DNA of 64,000 nucleotides, taken from positions 186,001 to 250,000 of the forward strand of contig CDRNVI010000054.1 of NCBI GenBank assembly GCA_977017575.1, in the 5' to 3' direction. Under the pieces are notes generated by a model that made no database searches, was not told the origin of the DNA, and saw only the letters and a list, made by a program, of their open reading frames with translations. Positions 45,780 through 56,935 of the stretch are shown here, one piece after another. This DNA is from Paramoeba atlantica (lineage: Eukaryota; Protista; Discosea). Position 1 is the stretch's first letter; each line of letters starts with the position of its first letter. The position numbers were made by a program, and so were the translations under genes.

Positions 45780-47439
45780 GATTTTCATACTCAGAAGGCT
45801 TACTGAGGAAGCCCACAGAACAGGAACACAGCTCTATGTATTGTATATCGATCTTACGAAAGCATACGATCGCGTACCGAGAGAAGCCTTGTGGGAAGTA
45901 CTTCGGCAAATGGGTATCGGTGGACGGTTGGTAGAGTTAACAAAAGCCCTGTACGACGGAACCACGGCAGCAGTCAAAGCAGCTGACGGTACAGCTAGCT
46001 CCGAGTTCGAAATTGAGACAGGTGTAAAACAAAGGTGCTCCCTGAGTTGCATTCTCTTCAATGGTGTCCTAGACTGCATTATCAGAACTGCTTCTCAAAA
46101 GGCACGACCTGGTGTGAAAATAGGATGGAGATTGCCTAGAGGACGATCATGCAGAGGAGACCGAGTACAAGGCGAAGATATTATTGGCCTATCCGCTTAC
46201 GCAGACGATATTGCACAATGGAGCGACAATTTAAACGAATTGAGAGAATCTGCTAAAGTACTTGCCAAAACACTTGAACACTTGCAATTAATACATCAAA
46301 AACTAAGTTACAGGTTATCCAGCCAAAAAAATCTGGAAAATATCATACAGCTGACTTTATACTAAACGGTTCAAAAATAGAGCAGGTAAAACAATTTCCT
46401 TACCTAGGTACAGTTATCGACGACGATGCCTCGTTAGAGCCTGAAATTGGATTTCGTATCAAATCGGCACTGGCCAAAATACACGAATTAAAATCGATTT
46501 GGAAAAATAAATTCATCCCCAGGCACCGCAAGTCAGCTATATTTAAGATTTGTGTAACACCGAGACTGATGTACGGAAGCGCCTCCTGGGCGCTAACCAC
46601 TAGACTTCAAAATGCACTAGAAGTTCAATACCTATGCATGCTCAAAATGGTATTTAAATGTCGGCGGAACACGAATAGAAATCACAACTCAGAAAGAAAA
46701 CGCCTCAGTAACTCCGAGATACTGCGAATGTCAGGAATGGAACCTATCCAACTGATTCACGATCTAAGGGTTCTCAACTTTGCTGGGCACGTCGCACGAA
46801 TGGACGAGCACAGGCACCCCAATAAGACATTATTGGGGAGCTTGGTAAGCCACAACTCTCCTTGCACGAAATCTCCGTATGACCAAGCACTAGAAAAACT
46901 GTGTGTAAGGTCCGGGATACCTGCACATTCATGGAAATCGTTAGCCCAAAACAGAACCAAGTGGATTCAAGCAATAGAAGACTATAAGGAAGACTCAAAA
47001 CCAGCGCGAAAAAAGAAATGTAAAATGTCGTTAAAATGAAATAAATTCTATAAACGTGAAAGAAATCCACAGATACTGTCCGGCATCGGTTATAACAAGA
47101 TGCTAAGAAACTAGGACGGTGTTTGTGTAGGGATTTGATTTAGCAGGGATACTTTTCTCTTTTTTGCACAACCTTCTTTGAAGGCGCGCGGAGGACTGGT
47201 TGCCCCTCTCGTAGGGACCGCTGGTCAGTGTGTGGCCTAGCCTCACTGCGTCTCCGACTCCCGTCCTATGTGAAGTGCCAGCCGTGGCTTGCTACGGCTG
47301 GCTCGACCGCCGGTCCGCAAGGACCGGTCGTACGCATCGGTGAAATATCCGAGCCGTCGGGCCACCCTAGCGTGGACGGTAGAGGGCCCACAGCCTGCAA
47401 AGGCCAAATGGGTGCACCCATCATCATCATCATCATCAT
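45780..47439 (+). mobile_element. 5'-truncated RTE-like retroelement with a structured 3' UTR and (CAT)7 tail
   Basis: IDLTKAYDRVPR, GVKQRCSLS, YADD, YLGTVI, LMYGSASW, AGHVARM; (CAT)7 at 47419-47439 at the junction with CRE copy h. Confidence 0.85.
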
Positions 47440-49175
47440 GTCTTCTGCGGTGGCCGTGAGAGGTTTAATATCCGAAGGGAGTGTGGCGATCGGACTCGGG
47501 TCAAGAAGACGGGAGGGATGTTTCGCCTGCAGCTTGTGGAAGGTCGTATCATCGTTGGGGGCAAGTGGTTCAGAGGTTAGCGCGGTCATCGCGCGGGAAA
47601 GTTCTCCGTCCCTCACCAAGCGGACTGCTCGTAGCGCTGCTTTCCTATCCTCCTCTTCGATGCTCTGAATCTGTGGGGTGCTTTTGTGCTTGCGCTTCAT
47701 GCTTGCTGACGCCTCATTCCAGAGTGATTGATATTCCTTGTTTTTCCATCTGGTGAGGCATTTTCGGACAATGGAGGCGTGCGAAGCTTTGCCCTTGTCG
47801 CCACCACGGCGTGGTGCCGGAATCACGCATTTCGGTAACATGGCCAGAAGTGTCCACGCTTCAATGGTGTTGTCGTAGACGGCCGTCGCCATGCATTCGG
47901 TGAGTGCTTTCGCCCACTCGGCCTTACAAGTGTTAGGAATGTTCTTGCACGTATTTATAGGCTAGGCGGAGATTGAGGATAGGGTCGGGAGATCTTCCCC
48001 TGTTGGAGTGTCTCGCGCAGTACGCTCGTTGGGCTGTGCGTGTTCTTGTTCTAAATGAGTTGGCGATTGAATAAGTTCGTGGTTGGTGGTAATGTTACTG
48101 GATGATACGGTGGAGTCCTTAGCGTCGGCAAGATGGATATTTGGACATTGAGATGATTGTGAGTGGAACTTGCAATGCTTTTTGTGGTATTCTTGCTTAC
48201 ATATAGAGTAATGCCTGTTGCATCCCGAGCATCGGAATCGCCTTTCTCCTGCCCACCACGCTTCCGAAACTTCCTCCCCGTGTCTGCGGGCTACGTGATG
48301 GTAAAACACTTACCACTGATTGCCTTGTGACCCTGTTTGCCATGGACAATATTCCACAGGACATTTCCTGGTGCCATATTGGGCTTTAGTCGGCGTGCTT
48401 GCATGTGACTCGTCTTTTCCTGAGGCTGGGGGAACTCGATGGCGTTTGAGGTTTACCTCACTGGAATCGCAACTCTCTTGGGTTGATGTATGGTCTGTGG
48501 TCGTTTCATCGCTACTCTCGGAGCCCAAGTCCTTCCCTGGGGGTTTGGAGGTGACGTTCCGCTTGAGTCGTTTCTTTTTCTTGCGTTTCTGCGGATCGTT
48601 CGATACAGAAAAGTCCAGATTCGGAGGTGTGAGATCGGGAAACGCTAGGATACTGGAATCATATGTGTAGTGGTGACCTTCCGATTTCCGAAAATGACGC
48701 ATGCACTGCTCCTTCACAGCCTTGTTGGATGACTTTAACTAGCTGGGTGAAGGATCATCTGCTCCCAAGAATCGAAAACCTGAGGGGCAAGAAGACGAAG
48801 TAGAAGAGTCCGCTTCTTCAGACTGGACGTCGGATTGCTCGGTCGGACGGACTCTGGAGAAAAGTTGCTCCTCCGAGTTCGGTTGCGCGTGTCCAGTATC
48901 AGGAGTTGCACCTTCCCTAGAGTTTGTAATGCTGATCGCAATCTCGTCGGCGCGCTGCGTTGATTCGGGCGAAGGGTACGGTGGAAGAGGCGTCGTATAC
49001 AATTCTTCGGCGTACGTGCTCGCACCTTTTACGAGATCTTTGTTCGCCTGGAATTGATCCCATGACCCGAGTTTGTGGTCATTTGCCTCACGTTCAAAGC
49101 TCGAGTCCCGTTTTGTGTTAGATCGAGTAGAAACAACCATAGTGCGTGAAAGATATAAAGAAAAGGAAAATAGTT
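47440..49175 (-). mobile_element. CRE-clade retroelement (copy h), paralog of copy a, truncated before RT
   Basis: MVVSTRS...LGSWDQFQANKDLVKG (48739-49140); LLAMLPKCVI...LQAKHP (47266-47892). Confidence 0.88.
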
Positions 49176-49208
49176 CAAGGTACAGAAACTGTATCTTTAT
49201 CGTTAAAG
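49176..49208 (-). ncRNA. SL exon copy (33 nt, last TTG missing)
   Basis: CTTTAACGATAAAGATACAGTTTCTGTACCTTG, then AACTATTTTCC. Confidence 0.85.
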
Positions 49209-49250
49209 AGTAAAAAGTTTTCTTTTTTTTGGGAGAAAGTTAGAAGGTTA

Positions 49251-50317
49251 ACCAGACCTTCGAAACTTCCTGAAACTAAATGAAACCAATAGAAAAACGT
49301 TTTTTTTGGTGAGCCCAAAACTAGCAATTGTATGTAAATTATGCCGCTGAAAAACAATGAAAATTAAAACAGAGAAAAAGAATTATTCAATGCTACTATG
49401 GATGCTGTAATGAGGAAAACTTTGCAATACGGTCCGATAGGAGTAAAGTTTCAATGGCGAATATCGAGAGGAAAAAAACACTTAGGTGAAACAGTTGGCG
49501 ACACAGATACCCTCGGACGACCTGGTCCTATGGTCTGACAAAGAGGAAGAACTACAAAAAACGGTCAATACAGCAATCATAGTAACGAAGAGATGGGGTA
49601 TATGTATAAACGTTAACAAAACGAAAACCCAGGTAATCCAACCTACAGGGTGTGCGAGCTATCAGGAAATTCGCTTGGAAATGGACCACATTCCAATAGA
49701 ACGAGTACCCAGATTCAAGTATTTGGGCTCCATAATAGACGAAAACACAACGCTGGACTGGGAAATCACAAATCGAATCAAGAGCTCACAGTACTGCTTA
49801 AAAAATCTCACGTATATATGGCGGAATAAAGGAATCTCTAGGAAATCGAAAAAGATTGTATTCGAAGCAAGTGTCATCTCGCGCTTATTATATGGATGTG
49901 CTACCTGGAATCTAACGCCACAACTTTTTAAAAAAACTCAATAAAGATTATGTTAGAATGATCAAAACAGCCTTCAGAATACCATGTATAAAGCAAAACA
50001 ACAGCAAAGCCGCAGAAGGGATCAGATACATATCCCAAAAGGAAAGTCTCGCAATAGCAGACATGGAAAACCTAAGAACAAAGTTCGACATTAGAATGCT
50101 ACAATTTGCGGGACACATAGCGAGAATGGGGTCAGAAAGGACACGTAACAAAATACGTTTCGGAGAGTACTATCCAACAGAAGGAAATAATTTTGTGAAA
50201 AAGAAACGAAGTACATACCAAGACACACTACAAGCCGCCTTAGCAAGGTCGGGAATCCAAGATACAGTTAGCTGGAAATACAAGGCACAAAAAAAACAAA
50301 ATGGAGACACAAGATAG
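49251..50317 (+). pseudogene. RTE-like RT 3' fragment
   Basis: DDLVLW, FKYLGSII, LLYGCATW, FAGHIARM. Confidence 0.85.
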
Positions 50318-51942
50318 CATGCTACAAGGAAGAATCGCGAGATAGAGGAAAACGGCGGTAAAATATTTTCTTCTCATCTTTTTTTTTCTTATCGTTCTAT
50401 TCTACTATTTCTTTCCCTCGGATTCTGGATATATCCGAAATGCAATCTGAAGATGAGCCCCTAAGGGGAACTTGATACCGCATTTTTCGGGTCGGGTACC
50501 GCTCATCTACGGCTTGCAACTAGCCCATGATAACGGGGCTAGGGTCAGAATTCGGAGAGATACGAGCTCGTTGAAGCTGAGGTTTAGTCCTTTGAAGCTG
50601 AGGAGCCAAGTCCGCTCGAGGGTATAACACCCTAGAAAACTTGGTCCGTTGAAGCTGAAGAGTCCAGACCGTTGAAGCTGAGACTCGAGACTCCCAAACT
50701 ATGCCAGCAAGCCGTTCGAACAAATCTCTCCTTCGGGAGACGTGGGGCGTTCAGGACGAACTGGTGCAACACCCAGTTCGCCCCGAATAGCGGGAGCTCA
50801 GCTTCCCACGTGCCCGGGGAAGGATGTCCTTGGAACAGCGGAACAACGTACGTAGTCGCATCACTACGATTGCGTATGATATCCGAACGCGCAAGAGATC
50901 AGATGGTTCAGCGGCCAAGGCACACCTTCCCCCAAGCTACCTCGGCTTTATCCGGGGAGGCTACATCTCAAGTAGGGATAAATGCCTGTATTTCTATCTA
51001 TCTATTTAATGAACAAGAATAAATAAAATGAAACCAATTCCTAAATCATGTAATATCTTTCTTCATAAAGCAATTCAAAGAATTCAACTGCTTTAGTATC
51101 CTCACCACCTATCCATGAAAAGAAATAAAGGTACCTGGCCATTTCAATCAAACTTACAGTATTTCAAAGAAATCCACAACAAACTCCTTTACTTACGAAC
51201 GCGCATCCCGTCCGCCAACTCCGCGAACCAGTCCAATGAAAAGGTTAGAGAAGGAGTGTCACTATACCAAACTAAATAAATGAAATCTTTAAACAAAAAA
51301 AACAAATCATATCTCATAATATAAATATTATGTGCCCCGAAGGGTCATTATACTCCCCCTTTCATAATTCTTTGTAAGTTCAAACCGATGAGAATTGTTC
51401 ATCAGAAAATATTTCAAATTACAAGAAAAACGAAACTATAAATTGTATCACAGATGCATACAGGGGTGCGGGTCTAAAGGTGGGGGGGGTCTAAAATTCG
51501 TGCAATCGTTCAACTTCTCCAAGTTACAAAACAATCAATGATGAACTTGCACAGTATTACATCTCAATATTATATATGGGGCTCCATCACAAATAATTTT
51601 TCAACAAACAAATAAAGAAAATTTCTCCAATAGCTCCTCGAACTGACGAACGGGTAGTCGCACGCGGGGACCACCCAATCGCTAGTTCCACAAATATACC
51701 CAATCGCTCGTCATTAAACACATCCAAGGTGCCTACTCCTTGTACGTATCTAAGACATACTCACTCTCCTGTCCGCTAAAACTATAAATATTACTACTTT
51801 TTCCTTTGTTTCGGCGTCTCCTAGTTCCTGGCATAATATAGTTGGTCGTGGACGCGAAATGGGAAATAGGTAAAATAAAAGTTATGTATGTTTTTTTTTA
51901 TTTTAAAACAAACTTCCATGAACTCATCCAAATATAAATTTG

Positions 51943-54900
51943 TCAAAAATTCCTACTATACGGATCAGCTGGGTTGTCTTTAGAACGAATATACTCCGCC
52001 TTCACTGCTATCCCTTTCTTTCCAAGAAACCGCAAAAGTTGGCGCAGTTCTGCTGTGATCCCATCGGAGTTTCAAATCTTTCGATTAATCGCGGCGACGC
52101 ATGATGCATTGTAAACATAAAGATCAGCACAAGTATCCTTATGAAGATGCTTGTCATATTTTTCGAATGCGAGACGTACTGCGCGCGCCTCGGCTCGGTT
52201 GACCTCATACTGAAAATCAGTTGGCCATTGTGCCCCTGTACATAACATTTGGCCATAATCAAGATATAACACTGCCCCCCAGCCAGCAGAAGAAGCATCG
52301 GTAAATAATATATGTCGGTGGGGTACAGTGCCTGGATGCCGCGGTGGATCAACGGGGGATTTGTACAGAAGCGTGTCTCTCCATGTCATTAAAGCTACTC
52401 GCACGGCAGTTGGTAAAGGCACTTTGTCATCAAGAAAATTAGGTTCGCGATTCAATCTATTAAGGCGACGTCGAATTATTTTCAATTCAAAATGAAAATC
52501 TGGTATGATAACTCCCATAATAGCCGATGCAAAAATCAAACGTCCCACAACCGACTCCAAAGACGCGTATGTCGCAGCTGTGAAATCATCTCGTTGTAAA
52601 CGGCGTATCAGCTTTGGTCCTAGTCCAACTTGTCCTTTCCTGTGATAGTACGTGACTCCATTAAATGTGTAAAGTGTCGCTGGAGGAGACCCATAGTCTT
52701 TAAACTTTGCGTTTACACAACTTGCACGATGGTCTATAAAATCTCCATATTGTCGAACCAATTTGTCATCTCCAGCAAAACGAATTCCATCGATATAGAC
52801 ATCCAACCCCCCGTAGAGAAAACTTGTTTTGGGTTTGCAATACTCAGGATCTCCTGCAAGCGTTGCCATCAGGGAATGCATCAATTCGGGCGCACAACGA
52901 TGACCCATAGGCATCACGTTCAGTTCAAAAACATTTCCATCTATATCTTTGAAACGAAACTTCTGTCTATGCTCTAACGGAATACCCACTTGCCAAAACC
53001 CACATGCTAAATCCCGCTTAACAGCACATTGTTGTTTCGCTTGATGAAGATAATATGCCGCGTGACGTACCGGAACGTAAGGTGTATACAGTAGTTCTCC
53101 CGAATCCTATCTTTATCCTCACGTGTCCACGCGATAAAACGGCGCCTTTCAGTGTTGTCCTCCGCCGACTCCACCACCGTAAACGGTATTACCCAATCCA
53201 TTGACGGTCTGTTCTTCAACTCCTCCTTCCGAACTTGCGAAATAAAACCTGCTTGTGACAGGGCTTGAATGTCAGCTTTCGGTAGAAAGCTTTTCGTCGT
53301 CGGCTCCACCGACGGCGAATCGGGCAAACGGAGTAAAGTGGCCCATGTGTCATCAAATCGCCTAGCAGCATCCTGATTCATCATGCTCTTCAGTGCTTCG
53401 ATCTTCATTCTCGGTATTTCACTTTTAATATGCAAAGGTAGGTTATAATCCACCGGGAGGGCCACTTTCGATGTTCTACGAGTACGCGTTATAGTATGCC
53501 TGACTTTTTCGTGCGGTACGTCCTCTAAGTACTTGCTAAATATATCCTCTTCTCCCATCAGATTTGAAGTTTGCTGGTTGCTCTCTGCGTCCCGAGTGCC
53601 AGCGCTGTTGTCACAGGATCCGCGTTGTACCGGAGCAGTGATTCCAAGCTTTGGTGCTTCGCCAGGTGCTGGACGTCTTCCAGCCTGATAGTTCCCCTGG
53701 CCAGCTCTGCGAAGAGATGAGTTATTGCTCCGCGTTTGGCTGAATGTGTCCCGAAGCCCGATCCGAGAATCTCCCTTATTTTTACATCTATTTCCGATAC
53801 TGATGTGCGGGACATCGGTTACTGGGGTTTCAACTGCATGATAAACTCTGCTAGGCGGTCGGTCCCTGGACCATCGATGACTATGTACATCGAGGGCCGG
53901 TACGGGTTGAAACGGGATGTTTTTGTGTGCCGGCCCCACCATATCACTATTCTTGCCGGGGTCACGTTGACAAAACGATCCCGGGTCAGCGCTGCCGTCT
54001 CGGACCAGCGGCTTGCCGCCTTCCAACAGAGCAGCCAGGTATGTCCCTCGTTTCTGGGCAGATTGTTCCATAACCTTTTCAACAGTGCCGGTGTGAGCGG
54101 TTGCATTTGGCGATAAGGTTCCGACGCTCCCGCTGCCAAGAGCGACTTTACGTAAAACTTTAGCGGGTTTGTGTCTTTCCCCGCAAGGTTGAAAATGGAT
54201 GCGAGACTGCGTGCGTAGGTCAATTGGCCCTGTACCCTTATCGGCAGACTGGCTAAGAAAGCTACTGCGTGCATGGCCGTGATCTGAATTCCCTTCCACA
54301 GGCAAAAGGCGGTCAGTCTCTCCCATAACCGCGCCCTTGCCTGCCATGTCGATCCGCTCCACATTTCTGACATCGCATCCAAGGCTATTCGTATTTCCGG
54401 CGTTAAAAACCTTACCCTCAATATCAATTTCATTAAATTTTTCCTTGCAGGTGACGTCTGTTCCAAACTGAGTGTGCCGCCGTATAAATTCCCAGATGTG
54501 AGATATCTCCCCTCTAAGTTCATTACACTTGCCGCATTTAATTGCCTTGACTCTATCCTCCTTCTCTTCGGTACTTGTGTGATAAAAGTTGTTTGATTTC
54601 GCTTGAATTGTGTTGTAGTACTGGCCGTTCGGGTGGGAAGGTTTCATAAATTCTTGCTGCCTTAGGCAGGGCCAGCCACCCGCGAACGAAAATTCTGCTG
54701 GAATCGTTTCGGACAATTTCGCCAAATATGATCCGGGGCGCGACATCCGTAGCATAACAACGTATTCCGGTGCTGAGGCACGAAAACCGGTTTCGCATGA
54801 GATTGAAAATTTGCTTTCGTATAAGCAGGGGTTGAAGAAAAGGAACTGTTGTAGTGACGTGTATACTGTTTTTGTCGTTCTACTAATTGCTCACTTACAT

Positions 54901-55829
54901 GGTGATAAAACTTGTCGTTGGGACGGATATCTTTTTCCAGTTTTTGATGCACCAAATCGTCATCAATGCGTCGCGCTCTCCAATATGCATCTCGGAGTGT
55001 CTGAATTATAGTTCTTCCCATTTCGAGGTACACTCCTTGATCCCACCCTTGCGTCATACGTGCAAACAAAATCCACTTGCAGAACACAGTATCAAAGAAA
55101 CGCTCTTGTTGTTTGACAACGGATTTTTTCGGATCGGTCCGAAAAATACAAGTTGGGTCGTAAGCCAAATTCTGGGGCATCCCGCAATTCACGTATCAGG
55201 TCTCTTGTTCGAAACCCTCCGTCTTCAAGGACATTGATCCATGGACCGTATGTCAAAGGCTCGTGAGGTCAACATAAGATCTCTTCTATCCTGCATACCT
55301 TGCTCCTGTTCGGCTATTTGCGGATCAACAAGTGGAGGAGCGAAAAACGTATCCTGCGTCGCTGAAGTTGAAGAAGGTTGTTCAGTTTGATCAATAATGG
55401 GGATCTCAAAATAGTGTAACTCCGGGTGCGGAAAAGGATATTCCTTCGATGGTTCATCTTCCCATACGGCCCATAACTCGAGTCCTTCTACTCGATTCCT
55501 TCTTCCCTAATCTTCCCATGTACGGTCTTTGCTTCTCGTGTAGAAGAATCGTTTCGTCGAAATACCGCTCGCGCCGACAGAGCAGGGTTTTCTCCACGAA
55601 GGGTAATTAATTTTTGGCGTACTGACATTGCAACTCTGCTAAGTTCCTGCTGCGTCAGCGGCTCGGTAGGCTCAAGCTGCTGCGAAGCTGGCGATGCACT
55701 TCGGGATGATCTAAGGTTTCGGGTCGACGTGTGTTCAAGTTGCGTCATAAAATTTTTCTTGACGAATTTTTCTTGACGAATTTTTCTTGCGCGAATAATT
55801 AAAGTGCTTCGAACTATGACTAACATCAA
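51943..55829 (-). mobile_element. TATE-like YR retroelement (copy 2): gag with CCHC knuckle, YR overlapping the pol ORF, RT/RNase H
   Basis: CYGCRAPDHIWRNC (54662-55192); YR 53558-54523 with one in-frame TAA (SRWSE, HSAKRG, LLRY); overlapping ORF 53007-54755; RT/RH 52072-52989 (VYIDG, FTDAS), ending in DNPADPYSR. Confidence 0.9.
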
Positions 55830-55860
55830 ACCGTATTTTCACGTCACTGCTAAATACATA

Positions 55861-56785
55861 AACCCCCCACAGCGAAAAGTCACCCCCCTCTAACTTTTCA
55901 GCCAAGTGTCCGTTTGAGCTCATTTTTGTTGCATTTTGCCGTTCCCAACACAAAGACTTTGCGCGTTATAGCATGGAACCAAGGCTCTCAAATGCGTGCA
56001 TCCGATAGATGGATTATCACTTTCTTCACATTTTTCAAGAGACCAATTTCTCACACTTTAACAAAATTAATCTTCTCCTCCCATGAGAAATTCAATTATT
56101 TTTGTCCGTTTTTGCTGATTTTTGTTGCGAACGAGAGATCTCGTTCTCCTAGCAAAGATCTTTGCCGCTCTTTTTTAATATTGACCCACTTGTGCCGCCT
56201 GGCCGCGGAGTGTTTGTTTTCTTAAATTAGTGTGGTATGACGATGCAAAACAATAGAACCTAAAAACAATTTTCTTTTTCAGTTTCTAAAATGATCTAAA
56301 AATGGTGGGAACGTGTAGATCTCAAAATTTTGAACGAGAAAATGATATCTTAACCCCCTTAGGCCCCTTCAAACAAAAAGTAAAGGGGACAGGATAAAAA
56401 AGTTGATTTATCACCGTTTCAAGAAAGAACCAATCAAAGACAAATATTCCACCATGTGACAAATTGAATGTTTGTTATCTGTTTTTGATCATTTTTGTTG
56501 CAATCGAGAGATCTCGTTCCCCTAGCGAAGATCTGTGACACCATTTTCATGTTGACCCCCTTCTCCCACCATGGTCGAGTAACATGAGATTTTTCGGGTA
56601 ATATTGGCATGACTATGTAAAAACGTCATTAAAAAAATAAGTTTTAATTTCTTATCTGTGAAGAGGTCTAAAAACAGCGGGAACGTGCAGATCTCAAAAT
56701 TTTGAACGAAAAAGTGGTGCCGCAACCCCCCTAAGCCTCGTTGTACAAAAAAAAGAGGGGGGTGACTTATTCGCTGTGGGGGGTT
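55861..56785. mobile_element. MITE with ~31 bp TIRs and TA target duplication
   Basis: TA|AACCCCCCACAGCGAAAAGTCACCCCCCTCT...AGAGGGGGGTGACTTATTCGCTGTGGGGGGTT|TA; internal duplication with a period of about 370 bp; no coding capacity. Confidence 0.85.
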
Positions 56786-56935
56786 TATAACTGTATATTA
56801 AGAAAACAAGCGAAATCATCATTAGTATGACAAACCTGTCATTATCCTTTCGGGGCCAATACCCACACGTATAGGAAAACACTTTCCATATCTTCTTTGC
56901 CCAATTCTTGCCGTAAACTCTAAAGCTTTCTAGTT

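Noticed and set aside
47300-47330. Twister-ribozyme-like GCCGGTCC..AAG..CCGG
   Set aside because: The loop is self-complementary and the conserved UAA and pseudoknot partners are not evident.
41226-55829. Telomeric-repeat targets or SL junctions at TATE-like element ends
   Set aside because: No TTAGGG arrays or SL matches were seen at their approximate termini in this window.
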